This document shows positions 21,625 through 34,586 of a DNA stretch of 64,000 nt, piece after piece; the stretch's first letter is position 1; each line of letters opens with the position of its first letter. The DNA comes from Escherichia coli (lineage in GTDB: Bacteria > Pseudomonadota > Gammaproteobacteria > Enterobacterales > Enterobacteriaceae), in NCBI RefSeq assembly GCF_003019035.1, contig NZ_CP027447.1. One strand, 5' to 3'. Position numbers and translations under genes: made by a program. Below the pieces are notes generated by a model. That model was given only the letters and a program-made list of their open reading frames with translations, had not been told where the DNA came from and did not search any database.

Positions 21625-22665
21625 TTACTGAGCAATAAACTGATATTCCGTCAGGCTGGAATACTCTTCGCCAGGACGCAGGAAGCAGTCCGGTTGCGGC
21701 CATTCAGGGTGGTTCGGGCTGTCCGGCAGAAATTCGCTTTCCAGAGCCAGCCCTTGCCAGTCGGCGTAAGGTTCGGTTCCCCGCGACGGTGTGCCGCCGA
21801 GGAAGTTGCCGGAGTAGAATTGCAGAGCCGGAGCGGTGGTGTAGACCTTCAGCTGCAATTTTTCATCTGCTGACCAGACATGCGCCGCCACTTTCTTGCC
21901 ATCGCCTTTGGCCTGTAACAAGAACGCGTGATCGTAACCTTTCACTTTGCGCTGATCGTCGTCGGCAAGAAACTCACTGGCGATGATTTTGGCGCTGCGG
22001 AAATCAAAAGAGGTTCCGGCGACAGATTTCAGACCGTCGTGCGGAATGCCGCCTTCATCAACCGGCAGATATTCGTCCGCCAGAATCTGCAACTTATGAT
22101 TGCGCGCGTCAGACTGCTCGCCGTCAAGATTGAAATAGACGTGATTAGTCATATTCACCGGGCAAGGTTTATCAACTGTGGCGCGATAAGTAATGGAGAT
22201 ACGGTTATCGTCGGTCAGACGATATTGCACCGTCGCGCCGAGATTACCCGGGAAGCCCTGATCGCCATCATCTGAACTCAGGGCAAATAGCACCTGACGA
22301 TCATTCTGGTTCACAATCTGCCAGCGACGTTTGTCGAACCCTTCCGGGCCGCCGTGCAGCTGGTTAACGCCCTGACTTGGCGAAAGCGTCACGGTTTCAC
22401 CGTCAAAGGTATAACGGCTATTGGCGATGCGGTTGGCATAACGACCAATAGAGGCCCCCAGAAATGCGGCCTGATCCTGATAGCATTCCGGGCTGGCGCA
22501 GCCAAGCAGCGCCTCGCGGACGCTGCCATCGGAAAGCGGAATACGGGCGGAAAGTAAAGTCGCACCCCAGTCCATCAGCGTGACTACCATCCCTGCGTTG
22601 TTACGCAAAGTTAACAGTCGGTACGGCTGACCATCGGGTGCCAGTGCGGGAGTTTCGTTCAGCAC
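21625..22665 (-). CDS. galM: Galactose mutarotase (aldose 1-epimerase)
   Basis: 346 aa, last gene of the gal operon. Confidence 0.96.
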   Translation of the reverse strand: MLNETPALAPDGQPYRLLTLRNNAGMVVTLMDWGATLLSARIPLSDGSVREALLGCASPECYQDQAAFLGASIGRYANRIANSRYTFDGETVTLSPSQGVNQLHGGPEGFDKRRWQIVNQNDRQVLFALSSDDGDQGFPGNLGATVQYRLTDDNRISITYRATVDKPCPVNMTNHVYFNLDGEQSDARNHKLQILADEYLPVDEGGIPHDGLKSVAGTSFDFRSAKIIASEFLADDDQRKVKGYDHAFLLQAKGDGKKVAAHVWSADEKLQLKVYTTAPALQFYSGNFLGGTPSRGTEPYADWQGLALESEFLPDSPNHPEWPQPDCFLRPGEEYSSLTEYQFIAQ

Positions 22666-23807
22666 TGTCCTGCTCCTTGTGATGGTTTACAAACGTAAAA
22701 AGTCTCTTTAATACCTGTTTTTGCTTCATATTGTTCAGCGACAGCTTGCTGTACTGCAGGCACCAGCTCTTCCGGGATCAGCGCGACGATGCAGCCGCCA
22801 AATCCGCCGCCGGTCATGCGTACGCCACCTTTGTCGCCAATCACAGCTTTGACGATTTCTACCAGAGTGTCAATTTGCGGCACGGTGATTTCGAAATCAT
22901 CGCGCATAGAGGCATGAGACTCCGCCATCAACTCGCCCATACGTTTCAGGTCGCCTTGCTCCAGCGCGCTGGCAGCTTCAACGGTGCGGGCGTTTTCAGT
23001 CAGGATATGACGCACGCGTTTCGCCACGATTGGGTCCAGTTCATGCGCAACAGCGTTGAACTCTTCAATGGTGACATCGCGCAGAGCTGGCTGCTGGAAG
23101 AAACGCGCACCGGTTTCGCACTGTTCACGACGGGTGTTGTATTCGCTGCCAACCAGGGTACGTTTGAAGTTACTGTTAATGATGACGACAGCCACACCTT
23201 TCGGCATGGAAACTGCTTTAGTCCCCAGTGAGCGGCAGTCAATCAGCAAGGCATGATCTTTCTTGCCGAGTGCGGAAATTAGCTGATCCATGATCCCGCA
23301 GTTACAGCCAACAAACTGGTTTTCTGCTTCCTGACCGTTAAGCGCGATTTGTGCGCCGTCCAGCGGCAAATGATAAAGCTGCTGCAATACGGTTCCGACC
23401 GCGACTTCCAGTGAAGCGGAAGAACTTAACCCGGCACCCTGCGGCACATTGCCGCTGATCACCATGTCCACGCCGCCGAAGCTGTTGTTACGCAGTTGCA
23501 GATGTTTCACCACGCCACGAACGTAGTTAGCCCATTGATAGCTTTCATGCGCGACAATGGGCGCATCGAGGGAAAACTCGTCGAGCTGATTTTCATAATC
23601 GGCTGCCATCACGCGAACTTTACGGTCATCGCGTGGTGCACAACTGATCACGGTTTGATAATCAATCGCGCAGGGCAGAACGAAACCGTCGTTGTAGTCG
23701 GTGTGTTCACCAATCAAATTCACGCGGCCAGGCGCCTGAATGGTGTGAGTGGCAGGGTAGCCAAATGCGTTGGCAAACAGAGATTGTGTTTTTTCTTTCA
23801 GACTCAT
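22659..23807 (-). CDS. galK: Galactokinase
   Basis: 382 aa GHMP kinase matching GalK. Confidence 0.97.
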   Translation of the reverse strand: MSLKEKTQSLFANAFGYPATHTIQAPGRVNLIGEHTDYNDGFVLPCAIDYQTVISCAPRDDRKVRVMAADYENQLDEFSLDAPIVAHESYQWANYVRGVVKHLQLRNNSFGGVDMVISGNVPQGAGLSSSASLEVAVGTVLQQLYHLPLDGAQIALNGQEAENQFVGCNCGIMDQLISALGKKDHALLIDCRSLGTKAVSMPKGVAVVIINSNFKRTLVGSEYNTRREQCETGARFFQQPALRDVTIEEFNAVAHELDPIVAKRVRHILTENARTVEAASALEQGDLKRMGELMAESHASMRDDFEITVPQIDTLVEIVKAVIGDKGGVRMTGGGFGGCIVALIPEELVPAVQQAVAEQYEAKTGIKETFYVCKPSQGAGQC

Positions 23808-23810
23808 TTC

Positions 23811-24857
23811 TTACACTCCGGATTCGCGAAAATGGATATCGCTGACTGCGCGCAAACGCTCTGCTGCCTGTTCTGCGGTCAGGTCTCGCTGGGTTTCTGC
23901 CAGCATTTCATAACCAACCATAAATTTACGTACGGTGGCGGAGCGCAACAGAGGCGGATAAAAGTGCGCGTGCAGCTGCCAGTGTTGATTCTCTTCGCCA
24001 TTAAATGGCGCGCCGTGCCAGCCCATAGAGTAGGGGAAGGAGCACTGGAAGAGGTTGTCATAACGACTGGTCAGCTTTTTCAACGCCAGTGCCAAATCGC
24101 TGCGCTGGGCGTCGGTCAAATCGGTGATCCGCAAAACGTGGGCTTTGGGCAGCAGTAGCGTTTCGAACGGCCAGGCAGCCCAGTAAGGTACAACGGCTAA
24201 CCAGTGTTCGGTTTCGACAACGGTACGGCTACCGTCTGCCAGCTCGCGCTGAACATAATCCACCAGCATTGGTGATTTCTGCCCGGCGAAATATTCTTTT
24301 TGCAGGCGGTCTTCGCGCTCAGCTTCGTTAGGCAGGAAGCTATTTGCCCAAATCTGTCCGTGCGGATGCGGGTTAGAGCAGCCCATCGCCGCGCCTTTGT
24401 TTTCAAAGACCTGTACCCACGGGTACGTTTTTCCCAGCTCTGCGGTTTGCTCCTGCCAGGTTTTGACGATTTCCGTCAATGCCGCAACGCTCAGTTCTGG
24501 CAACGTTTTACTGTGATCCGGTGAAAAGCAGATCACCCGGCTGGTACCGCGCGCGCTCTGGCAACCCATTAGCGGATCGTTGCTTTCTGGCGCATCTGGC
24601 GTGTCAGACATCAAGGCTGCAAAGTCATTAGTGAAAACGTAAGTCCCGGTGTAATCGGGGTTTTTATCGCCTGTCACCCGTACATTACCTGCGCAGAGGA
24701 AGCAATTTGGATCGTGCGCAGGTAACACCTGTTTGGCTGGCGTTTCCTGCGCCCCCTGCCAGGGGCGCTTAGCGCGGTGCGGTGAAACCAGAATCCATTG
24801 CCCGGTGAGCGGGTTGTAGCGGCGATGTGGATGATCAACGGGATTAAATTGCGTCAT
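23811..24857 (-). CDS. galT: Galactose-1-phosphate uridylyltransferase
   Basis: 348 aa with HPH motif, matches GalT. Confidence 0.97.
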   Translation of the reverse strand: MTQFNPVDHPHRRYNPLTGQWILVSPHRAKRPWQGAQETPAKQVLPAHDPNCFLCAGNVRVTGDKNPDYTGTYVFTNDFAALMSDTPDAPESNDPLMGCQSARGTSRVICFSPDHSKTLPELSVAALTEIVKTWQEQTAELGKTYPWVQVFENKGAAMGCSNPHPHGQIWANSFLPNEAEREDRLQKEYFAGQKSPMLVDYVQRELADGSRTVVETEHWLAVVPYWAAWPFETLLLPKAHVLRITDLTDAQRSDLALALKKLTSRYDNLFQCSFPYSMGWHGAPFNGEENQHWQLHAHFYPPLLRSATVRKFMVGYEMLAETQRDLTAEQAAERLRAVSDIHFRESGV

Positions 24858-24866
24858 GGTCGTTCC

Positions 24867-25883
24867 TTAATCGGGATATCCCTGTGGATGGCGTGACTGC
24901 CAGTGCCAGGTGTCCTGCGCCATTTCATCGAGTGTGCGCGTTACGCGCCAGTTCAGTTCACGGTCGGCTTTGCTGGCGTCCGCCCAGTAGGCCGGAAGGT
25001 CGCCCTCGCGACGCGGTGCAAAATGATAATTAACCGGTTTGCCGCAGGCTTTGCTGAAGGCATTAACCACGTCCAGCACGCTGCTGCCTACGCCAGCGCC
25101 GAGGTTGTAGATGTGTACGCCTGGCTTGTTCGCCAGTTTCTCCATCGCCACGACGTGACCGTCCGCCAGATCCATTACGTGGATGTAATCGCGCACGCCA
25201 GTACCGTCTTCGGTCGGATAATCGTTACCAAAAATCGCCAGCGAGTCGCGACGGCCTACAGCAACCTGGGCGATGTATGGCATCAGGTTATTTGGAATGC
25301 CTTGCGGATCTTCGCCCATATCGCCCGACGGATGTGCGCCAACCGGGTTGAAGTAGCGCAGCAGGGCAATGCTCCAGTCCGGCTGGGCTTTTTGCAGATC
25401 GGTGAGGATCTGTTCCACCATCAGCTTGCTTTTGCCGTAAGGGCTTTGCGGTGTGCCGGTCGGGAAGCTTTCAACATATGGAATTTTGGGCTGATCGCCA
25501 TAAACGGTGGCGGAGGAGCTAAAGATAAAGTTTTTGACGTTAGCGGCGCGCATGGCGCTAATCAGGCGCAGAGTACCGTTGACATTGTTGTCGTAATATT
25601 CAAGCGGTTTTTGTACCGATTCGCCAACGGCTTTCAGCCCGGCGAAGTGGATCACGGTGTCGATAGCGTGATCGTGCAGGATCTCGGTCATCAACGCTTC
25701 GTTACGGATATCGCCTTCAACAAACGTTGGATGTTTGCCGCCTAAACGCTCGATAACAGGCAGTACGCTGCGCTTACTGTTACAGAGGTTATCAAGAATG
25801 ATGACATCATGACCGTTTTGCAGTAATTGCACACAGGTATGACTTCCAATGTAACCGCTACCACCGGTAACCAGAACTCTCAT
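24867..25883 (-). CDS. galE: UDP-glucose 4-epimerase
   Basis: MRVLVTGGSGYIGSHTCVQLL... (338 aa); start trimmed from track. Confidence 0.97.
   Translation of the reverse strand: MRVLVTGGSGYIGSHTCVQLLQNGHDVIILDNLCNSKRSVLPVIERLGGKHPTFVEGDIRNEALMTEILHDHAIDTVIHFAGLKAVGESVQKPLEYYDNNVNGTLRLISAMRAANVKNFIFSSSATVYGDQPKIPYVESFPTGTPQSPYGKSKLMVEQILTDLQKAQPDWSIALLRYFNPVGAHPSGDMGEDPQGIPNNLMPYIAQVAVGRRDSLAIFGNDYPTEDGTGVRDYIHVMDLADGHVVAMEKLANKPGVHIYNLGAGVGSSVLDVVNAFSKACGKPVNYHFAPRREGDLPAYWADASKADRELNWRVTRTLDEMAQDTWHWQSRHPQGYPD
25850..25865. promoter_or_regulatory. gal internal operator OI (GalR/GalS site) within galE
   Basis: atgtaaccgctaccac on the + strand is the reverse complement of GTGGTAGCGGTTACAT. 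Confidence 0.7.
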
Positions 25884-25899
25884 AATTCGCTCCATTAGG

Positions 25900-25980
25900 C
25901 TTATGGTATGAAATAACCATAGCATAACAAAGATGCGAAAAGTGTGACATGGAATAAATTAGTGGAATCGTTTACACAAG
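25900..25980 (-). promoter_or_regulatory. gal P1/P2 promoter region with CRP site and external operator OE
   Basis: OE gtggaatcgtttacac at 25963-25978; TGTGA CRP half-site at 25943-25947; extended -10 region (reverse complement of TGTTATGCTATGGTTAT) at 25913-25930. Confidence 0.8.
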
Positions 25981-26143
25981 AATTTAGCCGTTTTTTATGT
26001 GCGATTAAGTGATTATAAAACAGAGGGTTTATGAATGATTGCGCTTTTTATCTGAAAAAAGTCTCGGTTTTATGCCTGGATGCGTCTAACTGTAGGCCGG
26101 AGAGGGCGCTTAGGCCGCCTCCGGTACAGTCAGCATTACCGAC

Positions 26144-27616
26144 TCAGTTTATTTTTGTCAGCGCATAGCGATAAAAGTCACCGTCCGGCACGAACTCCAG
26201 ACGATGGGTAATACAGGCAGGCGCATCTTCAGCGTGGTGCGAAACAAACAACAATTGCGTTTCACCTTCGCTAATCAGCACATCAACAAAACGGCGGATA
26301 AGCTGGCGATTGAGCGGGTCCAGCCCCTGTAGTGGTTCATCGAGAATAAGCAACGTCGGATGTTTCACCAGTGCGCGGACGATCAGCGCCAGACGCTGCT
26401 GTCCCCAGGAAAGACTATGGAACGGAGCGTCAGCCGTGCGTTTATCAATACCGAGAATATCCAGCCACTGCTGCACCAGTTTTTGCTGGCGATCCGAAAC
26501 GGCCTGATAAATGCCAATCGAATCAAAATAGCCAGAAAGAATCACATTACGCACGGTAGTGCTGACCCGGTAATCCAGATGCAAACTACTGCTGACGTAA
26601 CCGATATGCTTTTTGATATCCCAGATGGTTTCGCCGCTGCCGCGACGTCGTCCGAAAAGCGTCAAATCGTTGCTGTAACCTTGCGGATGATCGCCAGTAA
26701 TCAGGCTTAATAACGTCGATTTTCCCGCGCCATTTGGCCCGACAATTTGCCAGTGTTCGCCTGGATTCACCTGCCAGCTAAGGTTATTAAGAATGGGGCG
26801 ATCGTTATAAGAAACCACGCCGTTGTTCAGCACAATGCGCGGTTCGTTGGCGGGTAAGGCGTGACGTGCTGAAGGTTCATCCGGCTCCGGCAGTTGCACA
26901 CCTTCAAGCTGTTCGCTATGTGCCAGTTGCGCGACGAGTGCTTGTTGGAGCAGTTCTTCTTTAGCGCCAGTTTCCGCTAACGTGCAATCCGCCAGCACGC
27001 CAGCAAACTGGACAAATTCTGGGATCTCATCGAAGCGATTGAGCACCAGTACCAGAGTAATACCGGACTGATGTAACGAGGCGAGTAGCTCAGCCAGCTG
27101 CTGACGTGAGGCAACATCCAGGCCATCGAACGGCTCATCAAGAATCAACAAGTCAGGCTCCGACATCAGCGCCTGACACAGCAGGGTTTTTCGCGTCTCG
27201 CCAGTGGAAAGGTATTTAAAGCGTCGGTCGAGGAGGGCGGTAATACCGAACTGCTGCGCCAGTTGCATGCAACGCGGAGTATCCTTTACTTCATCCTGAA
27301 TGATCTCAGCCGTGGTACGCCCGGTGTCATCTTCGCCAGGACTAAGCATATCGGTGTTATTCCGCTGCCATTCGTCGCTGACGAGCTTTTGCAATTGCTC
27401 GAAGGAGAGACGAGTGATGTGGGAAAACTGGCTTTGCCGTTCACCTTTCAAAAGCGGAAGTTCACCTGCCAGCGCGCGGGCCAGCGCCGATTTCCCGCTT
27501 CCATTCGAACCGACAAACGCCCAACTATCACCCGCGTTTAACGTTAGCTGAGGCAATTGCAGCGTTTTTGTGTCGCTAAGACGAAACGTGCCTTGCAAAA
27601 TTTGCAACGATGACAT
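26144..27616 (-). CDS. modF: ABC-type ATPase ModF (two nucleotide-binding domains)
   Basis: 490 aa with duplicated Walker A (GSNGSGKS, GPNGAGKS); start trimmed to MSSLQ. Confidence 0.93.
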   Translation of the reverse strand: MSSLQILQGTFRLSDTKTLQLPQLTLNAGDSWAFVGSNGSGKSALARALAGELPLLKGERQSQFSHITRLSFEQLQKLVSDEWQRNNTDMLSPGEDDTGRTTAEIIQDEVKDTPRCMQLAQQFGITALLDRRFKYLSTGETRKTLLCQALMSEPDLLILDEPFDGLDVASRQQLAELLASLHQSGITLVLVLNRFDEIPEFVQFAGVLADCTLAETGAKEELLQQALVAQLAHSEQLEGVQLPEPDEPSARHALPANEPRIVLNNGVVSYNDRPILNNLSWQVNPGEHWQIVGPNGAGKSTLLSLITGDHPQGYSNDLTLFGRRRGSGETIWDIKKHIGYVSSSLHLDYRVSTTVRNVILSGYFDSIGIYQAVSDRQQKLVQQWLDILGIDKRTADAPFHSLSWGQQRLALIVRALVKHPTLLILDEPLQGLDPLNRQLIRRFVDVLISEGETQLLFVSHHAEDAPACITHRLEFVPDGDFYRYALTKIN

Positions 27617-27683
27617 TTTATATCCCATTTTGTGCAGCGATTACTGACAGGGATACGTGTTTCATAACAAATTGTCAACACGC

Positions 27684-28472
27684 TTAGCACAGCGTGGCGA
27701 TAATCACGCTGTCGGCATTAAAGTAGGCCGTGACATTCTGTCCTTGCTGAAGAGAAGTCGCTTCATTTACCGGCACTGTGGCGCACAGTGTTTGCCCGTC
27801 GGGTAGCGCCATTAATACTTCGCACTGCTCTGCGCCGCGCTCAATATGACTAATAATACCCGGTAATTGGTTGTCAGCGTTTTGCGCGACCGCCTCGTCC
27901 TGAGTAATCCCTACCCACGGCGCTTTTAGCAATATCAACACTTCTTTGCCTTCATCCAGCCCCAGACGTGCGCCGCTTTGTGCGGTAATTGCGACTTTCA
28001 GGCGTGTTTTTCCATCAGCCAGTAAGACATCAACATGCTGTTGAACGTCATCATGATCGCGGGCGGTGATGGTACCGAACCACTGGTTACGGGCGCTGGT
28101 TTGCAGTGAAAAACGTGAGATCGCGGCCAGCAGGCTGTTCAGCGGCAGGGCGTCATCGTCACTTAACACATCAAAGGCTTTTTGCTGGATTTGCGCCAGT
28201 AAGTCATAGAGCTGAATCAGTCGCTGACCATAGCGGGTCAGTACTGCGCCGCCTCCACCTTTACCGCCTGTTGCGCGCTCAACCAGAATATGCTCACTTA
28301 ACTGATTCATCTCGTTAATGGCATCCCAGGCGCTTTTATAGCTGATACCGGCATCTTTCGCTCCCTGGCTAATGGAACCGGAAAGCGCAATGTGTTTTAG
28401 TAGCGAAATGCGGCGCGGGTCGGCGAATAATTTTTGTTGGAGCTTAAGGGTGAGAAGGATTTCGGCCTGCAT
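27684..28472 (-). CDS. modE: Molybdate-responsive transcriptional regulator ModE
   Basis: 262 aa, N-terminal HTH and C-terminal Mop domains. Confidence 0.95.
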   Translation of the reverse strand: MQAEILLTLKLQQKLFADPRRISLLKHIALSGSISQGAKDAGISYKSAWDAINEMNQLSEHILVERATGGKGGGGAVLTRYGQRLIQLYDLLAQIQQKAFDVLSDDDALPLNSLLAAISRFSLQTSARNQWFGTITARDHDDVQQHVDVLLADGKTRLKVAITAQSGARLGLDEGKEVLILLKAPWVGITQDEAVAQNADNQLPGIISHIERGAEQCEVLMALPDGQTLCATVPVNEATSLQQGQNVTAYFNADSVIIATLC

Positions 28473-28582
28473 AACAATGTCCTGGCAAAAGTCTTATTGT
28501 GACGGAAAACGAACGCCACGCAAAGCTGACCGCACAAAAGGGGAGTGCTTTTCTGTGCTTAGCGGTTAGAATAGTCTCATGA

Positions 28583-28750
<168 letters not shown>

Positions 28751-28872
28751 TTCCCTGAATGCCCGCTTAGTCGGGCATTTTCTTTTTCTCAACTTCCTGC
28801 TTTTCCTGCCGATATTTTTTCTCATCTACCTCACAAAGGTTAGCAATAACTGCTGGGAAAATTCCGAACTTG

Positions 28873-28896
28873 CCGTTATATTGACGCCTACATAAC
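28873..28896. promoter_or_regulatory. ModE operator at the modA promoter
   Basis: cgttatat-tgacgcctac-ataacg inverted repeat just upstream of modA. Confidence 0.7.
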
Positions 28897-28916
28897 GTTA
28901 GATTAAGGGGTTACCA

Positions 28917-29690
28917 ATGGCTCGTAAATGGTTGAACTTGTTTACCGGGGCGGCACTCTCTTTCGCTGTTGCTGGCAATGCACTGGCAGATGAAGGGAAA
29001 ATCACGGTGTTCGCCGCCGCATCACTGACTAACGCAATGCAGGACATTGCTACGCAGTATAAAAAAGAGAAAGGCGTGGATGTGGTTTCTTCTTTCGCTT
29101 CGTCATCTACTTTGGCCCGTCAGATTGAAGCGGGTGCGCCTGCGGATCTGTTTATTTCTGCCGATCAGAAATGGATGGATTATGCGGTTGATAAAAAAGC
29201 GATCGATACGGCTTCGCGCCAGACACTGCTCGGCAATAGCCTGGTCGTTGTAGCACCGAAAGCCAGCGAGCAGAAAGATTTCACCATCGACAGCAAAACC
29301 AACTGGACTTCGCTGCTGAATGGCGGTCGCCTCGCGGTTGGTGATCCGGAACATGTCCCTGCTGGCATTTATGCGAAAGAAGCACTGCAAAAACTGGGCG
29401 CATGGGATACGCTCTCCCCGAAACTGGCTCCGGCGGAAGATGTTCGTGGCGCGCTGGCGTTGGTCGAACGCAATGAAGCGCCGCTGGGTATTGTTTACGG
29501 TTCTGACGCAGTTGCCAGCAAAGGGGTAAAAGTGGTTGCCACCTTCCCGGAAGATTCACATAAAAAAGTGGAATATCCGGTTGCTGTTGTGGAAGGGCAT
29601 AACAATGCGACAGTGAAAGCATTTTATGATTATCTGAAGGGACCGCAGGCAGCGGAAATCTTTAAACGTTACGGATTTACAACCAAGTAA
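28917..29690 (+). CDS. modA: Molybdate ABC transporter periplasmic binding protein
   Basis: 257 aa with signal peptide, matches ModA. Confidence 0.97.
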   Translation: MARKWLNLFTGAALSFAVAGNALADEGKITVFAAASLTNAMQDIATQYKKEKGVDVVSSFASSSTLARQIEAGAPADLFISADQKWMDYAVDKKAIDTASRQTLLGNSLVVVAPKASEQKDFTIDSKTNWTSLLNGGRLAVGDPEHVPAGIYAKEALQKLGAWDTLSPKLAPAEDVRGALALVERNEAPLGIVYGSDAVASKGVKVVATFPEDSHKKVEYPVAVVEGHNNATVKAFYDYLKGPQAAEIFKRYGFTTK

Positions 29691-30379
29691 TGATACTGAC
29701 CGATCCAGAATGGCAGGCGGTTTTACTAAGCCTGAAAGTTTCTTCCCTGGCTGTGCTGTTTAGCCTGCCGTTTGGGATCTTTTTTGCCTGGTTACTGGTG
29801 CGTTGCACGTTTCCGGGCAAAGCTCTGCTCGACAGCGTACTGCATCTACCGCTGGTGTTACCGCCCGTGGTCGTCGGTTACCTATTATTAGTTTCGATGG
29901 GACGGCGCGGATTTATCGGTGAACGTCTGTATGACTGGTTTGGTCTTTCTTTCGCGTTTAGCTGGCGTGGTGCGGTTCTCGCTGCCGCTGTCATGTCTTT
30001 TCCGCTGATGGTGCGGGCGATTCGTCTGGCGCTGGAAGGTGTTGATATCAAACTGGAGCAGGCCGCAAGAACGTTGGGTGCCGGGCGCTGGCGTGTCTTC
30101 TTCACTATTACCTTACCGCTGACGTTGCCGGGAATTATTGTTGGTACGGTACTGGCATTCGCTCGTTCGCTCGGTGAATTTGGCGCAACCATCACCTTTG
30201 TGTCGAACATTCCTGGTGAAACGCGAACCATTCCTTCTGCTATGTATACCCTGATCCAGACCCCAGGCGGGGAAAGTGGCGCGGCGAGACTGTGTATTAT
30301 TTCTATTGCGCTGGCGATGATCTCCCTGTTGATTTCAGAATGGCTGGCCAGAATCAGCCGTGAACGGGCGGGGCGCTAA
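29690..30379 (+). CDS. modB: Molybdate ABC transporter permease
   Basis: 229 aa membrane protein with ABC-permease EAA-type loop. Confidence 0.97.
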   Translation: MILTDPEWQAVLLSLKVSSLAVLFSLPFGIFFAWLLVRCTFPGKALLDSVLHLPLVLPPVVVGYLLLVSMGRRGFIGERLYDWFGLSFAFSWRGAVLAAAVMSFPLMVRAIRLALEGVDIKLEQAARTLGAGRWRVFFTITLPLTLPGIIVGTVLAFARSLGEFGATITFVSNIPGETRTIPSAMYTLIQTPGGESGAARLCIISIALAMISLLISEWLARISRERAGR

Positions 30380-30381
30380 TC

Positions 30382-31440
30382 ATGCTGGAACTGAATTTTT
30401 CCCAGACGTTGGGCAACCATTGCCTGACGATTAATGAAACGCTGCCCGCCAATGGCATCACCGCTATTTTTGGTGTCTCTGGTGCCGGAAAAACCTCGCT
30501 GATTAACGCCATCAGTGGGCTGACACGTCCGCAAAAAGGGCGGATTGTCCTCAATGGTCGGGTACTAAATGACGCCGATAAAGGTATCTGCCTGACGCCA
30601 GAAAAGCGTCGCGTTGGCTATGTGTTTCAGGATGCACGGCTGTTTCCGCATTATAAAGTGCGTGGCAATTTGCGCTACGGCATGGCAAAAAGCATGGTCA
30701 ATCAGTTCGATAAGCTGGTGGCGCTTTTAGGCATTGAACCGTTGCTTGATCGTTTACCAGGCAGCCTGTCCGGAGGCGAAAAACAGCGCGTGGCGATTGG
30801 TCGGGCTTTGCTGACAGCACCGGAATTGCTGTTGCTGGATGAACCGCTGGCGTCACTGGATATTCCGCGTAAACGCGAACTGTTGCCTTATCTGCAACGT
30901 CTGACGCGGGAAATCAACATTCCGATGTTGTATGTCAGCCATTCGCTGGATGAGATCCTCCATCTGGCAGACAGAGTGATGGTACTGGAAAACGGTCAGG
31001 TGAAAGCCTTTGGCGCGCTGGAAGAAGTCTGGGGTAGTAGCGTGATGAATCCGTGGCTACCGAAAGAGCAACAAAGTAGCATTCTGAAAGTGACAGTACT
31101 TGAGCATCATCCGCATTACGCGATGACCGCGCTGGCGCTGGGCGATCAGCATTTGTGGGTCAATAAGCTGGACGAACCGCTGCAAGCTGCGCTACGTATC
31201 CGCATTCAGGCTTCCGATGTTTCTCTGGTTTTACAACCGCCGCAGCAAACCAGCATTCGTAACGTATTGCGGGCAAAAGTTGTTAATAGTTATGACGACA
31301 ACGGCCAGGTGGAAGTGGAGCTGGAAGTCGGCGGTAAAACGCTGTGGGCGCGTATCAGCCCGTGGGCCAGGGATGAACTGGCGATCAAACCTGGCCTGTG
31401 GCTGTATGCGCAAATTAAAAGTGTGTCGATAACCGCCTGA
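30382..31440 (+). CDS. modC: Molybdate ABC transporter ATPase
   Basis: 352 aa, Walker [11 protein letters not shown]-terminal Mop/TOBE domain. Confidence 0.97.
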   Translation: MLELNFSQTLGNHCLTINETLPANGITAIFGVSGAGKTSLINAISGLTRPQKGRIVLNGRVLNDADKGICLTPEKRRVGYVFQDARLFPHYKVRGNLRYGMAKSMVNQFDKLVALLGIEPLLDRLPGSLSGGEKQRVAIGRALLTAPELLLLDEPLASLDIPRKRELLPYLQRLTREINIPMLYVSHSLDEILHLADRVMVLENGQVKAFGALEEVWGSSVMNPWLPKEQQSSILKVTVLEHHPHYAMTALALGDQHLWVNKLDEPLQAALRIRIQASDVSLVLQPPQQTSIRNVLRAKVVNSYDDNGQVEVELEVGGKTLWARISPWARDELAIKPGLWLYAQIKSVSITA

Positions 31441-32259
31441 TTAAATCAGGTGGCTATAAATGAACTGGGCAATGCTGTCGGTGGTGTTATCACCAATCAC
31501 AATGTTGGCGCGCGCTTTTACTGCGTCATCGGCGTTGCCCATCGCCACGCCTGTACCAGCGGCTTCCAGCATACTAATATCATTGAAGTTATCGCCGAAC
31601 GCCACGACGTTTTCCATCGACCAACCTTGTGCCTCAACCCATTTCGTCAAACGTTTACCTTTGCTGTTGCCGCCGCGTGCAATATCAACCTGATCGTGCC
31701 AGGACCATTCACACTCCAGTCCCAGTTCATGTTCGACATGCTTACCAAAATGCTGCAATTGCGGCAGGTCATCGTGCGTCAGGGCGAACTTCCATACGGC
31801 GTTAACTTGTTGCGCCGTTTCAGCCAGAGAAGCGACTTGTGTGAAAGTCGGACGCTGTTCCGGCGGCAGGGTTTGCGCCCAGTTAGACGTGCGAATGACA
31901 TGTCCGGTCGGGTGCTCATAGACCATTGCATCATCGACATACATCAGACCGTGAATGTGGTGTTCATTCAGCATCTCAATGAGTTGCAGGGCTTTATTAA
32001 CGGGCATTGGGTCCGCTTCCAGCACTGTTTTTGCATGATAATCATACAAATAGGTGCCATTACAGCAAATAGCAGGTGTATCCAGCGCCAGCGCCTGATA
32101 AAAAGGATGAATAGCGACGTGATGGCGACCTGTGACGATGATTAATTGATAGCCTGCTTCGCGAGCGCGGGCCAGGGCTTCTATCGATGATGGAAGCAAG
32201 GTCTTTTTCGGAGTCAATAAGGTGCCGTCTAAGTCGAGAGCAATCACGCGTGTGGTCAT
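31441..32259 (-). CDS. ybhA: HAD-family sugar/pyridoxal phosphatase YbhA
   Basis: MTTRVIALDLDGTLL... HAD motif I; start trimmed from track to 272 aa. Confidence 0.93.
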   Translation of the reverse strand: MTTRVIALDLDGTLLTPKKTLLPSSIEALARAREAGYQLIIVTGRHHVAIHPFYQALALDTPAICCNGTYLYDYHAKTVLEADPMPVNKALQLIEMLNEHHIHGLMYVDDAMVYEHPTGHVIRTSNWAQTLPPEQRPTFTQVASLAETAQQVNAVWKFALTHDDLPQLQHFGKHVEHELGLECEWSWHDQVDIARGGNSKGKRLTKWVEAQGWSMENVVAFGDNFNDISMLEAAGTGVAMGNADDAVKARANIVIGDNTTDSIAQFIYSHLI

Positions 32260-32377
32260 GGCGTATTCCAGATTAAGGTTAAGAATTTTCTTCTGCGCGA
32301 ATGGTACACCGATACCACTATTGGACAAAATTCTGCGTTTTAATTCAGCATTCACCGCCAAAAGCGACTAATTTTAG

Positions 32378-33409
<1,032 letters not shown>

Positions 33410-33449
33410 CCGCTGATTTAACCGGCGCAGTCTCTCCTGCGCCGGTGTA

Positions 33450-34403
33450 TTAACCTATCTCCTGTAACGCATGTCTCTGGCGTTCGACGATATTGGTCCA
33501 CAAATTGTCTTTATCGTCAGTCCACAAATTAATCAGCAAGGCAAAAAAGCGTTCAGCTGCCGGAGAAAGCACGGCATCTTTGCGGCGAATAATCCCCAAT
33601 GTCCGACGTATAACGGGTTCCACCAGTGGGATACCAATAATCGAAGAATAGGGCGCATGGGGCATTGCCAGACCAGGAAGCGCCGAAATCCCCAGTCCCG
33701 CCTCCACCAGCCCTAATGACGTCGAAAGATGACGCACTTCGTAAAACCAGTCCAGCTTCCAGGGCTTGTCGGCTAGCTGTTGTTCTATCAACAGTCGGTT
33801 GCCGCTGGAGGAGCGTACGCCAATCATTTTGTAACCCACTAACTCCTGCCATTCTACAAGCTGCTTTTTGGCCAATGGATGGTCACGCCGACAGGCCAGC
33901 ACGAACGGCTCGTTGACCAGTGGGGTAAAATCGATGGATGAATTTGTGACGTTGTTCATGTTTATGCCAAAGTCTGATTCGTTACACAGCACCGATTCCA
34001 TGCAATTATTCGTGCCTTGTTCCAGAATCCGCACTTTAATATTGGGATACAGCTCATTAAATTTACCGATTGCCAGCGGTAAAAAATAAAATACTGCGGT
34101 CGGAATACACGCTAATGTCACCATACCACGATGATAAGCATTCATATCACGAATATTAAAAAGCGTTTCATCGAATTTCTTTATTAATTCCCGCGCCTCC
34201 GGGAGCAATCTTTTTCCTGCTTTTGTTAACGTAACCTTGCGAGTTGTACGCTCAAATAGTTGGATATGTAAATCCTCCTCCATCTTTTTTATTCTTCGCG
34301 TTAATGCAGGTTGCGTAATATTGAGTAATTTAGCGGCATTGTTAAATGAACTGGACTCTGCCAGTATGACAAATGCCTTCATACTTGATAATTCATGCTT
34401 CAT
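33450..34403 (-). CDS. ybhD: LysR-family transcriptional regulator YbhD
   Basis: N-terminal HTH (FNNAAKLLNITQPALTRRIKKMEEDL) and LysR substrate domain; start trimmed to MKHELSS (317 aa); divergent from ybhH. Confidence 0.9.
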   Translation of the reverse strand: MKHELSSMKAFVILAESSSFNNAAKLLNITQPALTRRIKKMEEDLHIQLFERTTRKVTLTKAGKRLLPEARELIKKFDETLFNIRDMNAYHRGMVTLACIPTAVFYFLPLAIGKFNELYPNIKVRILEQGTNNCMESVLCNESDFGINMNNVTNSSIDFTPLVNEPFVLACRRDHPLAKKQLVEWQELVGYKMIGVRSSSGNRLLIEQQLADKPWKLDWFYEVRHLSTSLGLVEAGLGISALPGLAMPHAPYSSIIGIPLVEPVIRRTLGIIRRKDAVLSPAAERFFALLINLWTDDKDNLWTNIVERQRHALQEIG

Positions 34404-34586
34404 TATTACTCCGGAAAATGGAAGCGTCGATTTTGGGTGGCTGACCGTTAAAAATTTTAACTGCATTTAACCAACTTAAATTAATGAAAAAATGTTATTA
34501 ATCGTTGAGCTAAAGTCATTAGAGATGCTTTGCCCTTAATGTAACCATATCGCAATAAGTTATGTTTTTAAATTGAGGGCATTATT

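Noticed and set aside
24903-25745. 280-aa plus-strand ORF
   Set aside because: Antisense to galE.
24867-25925. N-terminally extended track ORFs (e.g. galE 352 aa; similarly gpmA, bioA, bioC, bioD, moaA, moaD, ybhA, ybhD, ybhK, ybhL, ybhJ, ybhS, ybhF, modF, pal, tolB, cydA, glmS)
   Set aside because: The track uses the first in-frame ATG; the conserved protein N-termini and RBS positions indicate downstream starts, so coordinates were trimmed rather than accepting the extensions.
26090-26130. Stem-loop (ccggag...ctccgg) downstream of modF as a terminator
   Set aside because: No adjacent T-run on the relevant strand; could be a REP-like palindrome instead; not confident enough to annotate.
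31450-32145. 231-aa plus-strand ORF
   Set aside because: Antisense to ybhA.
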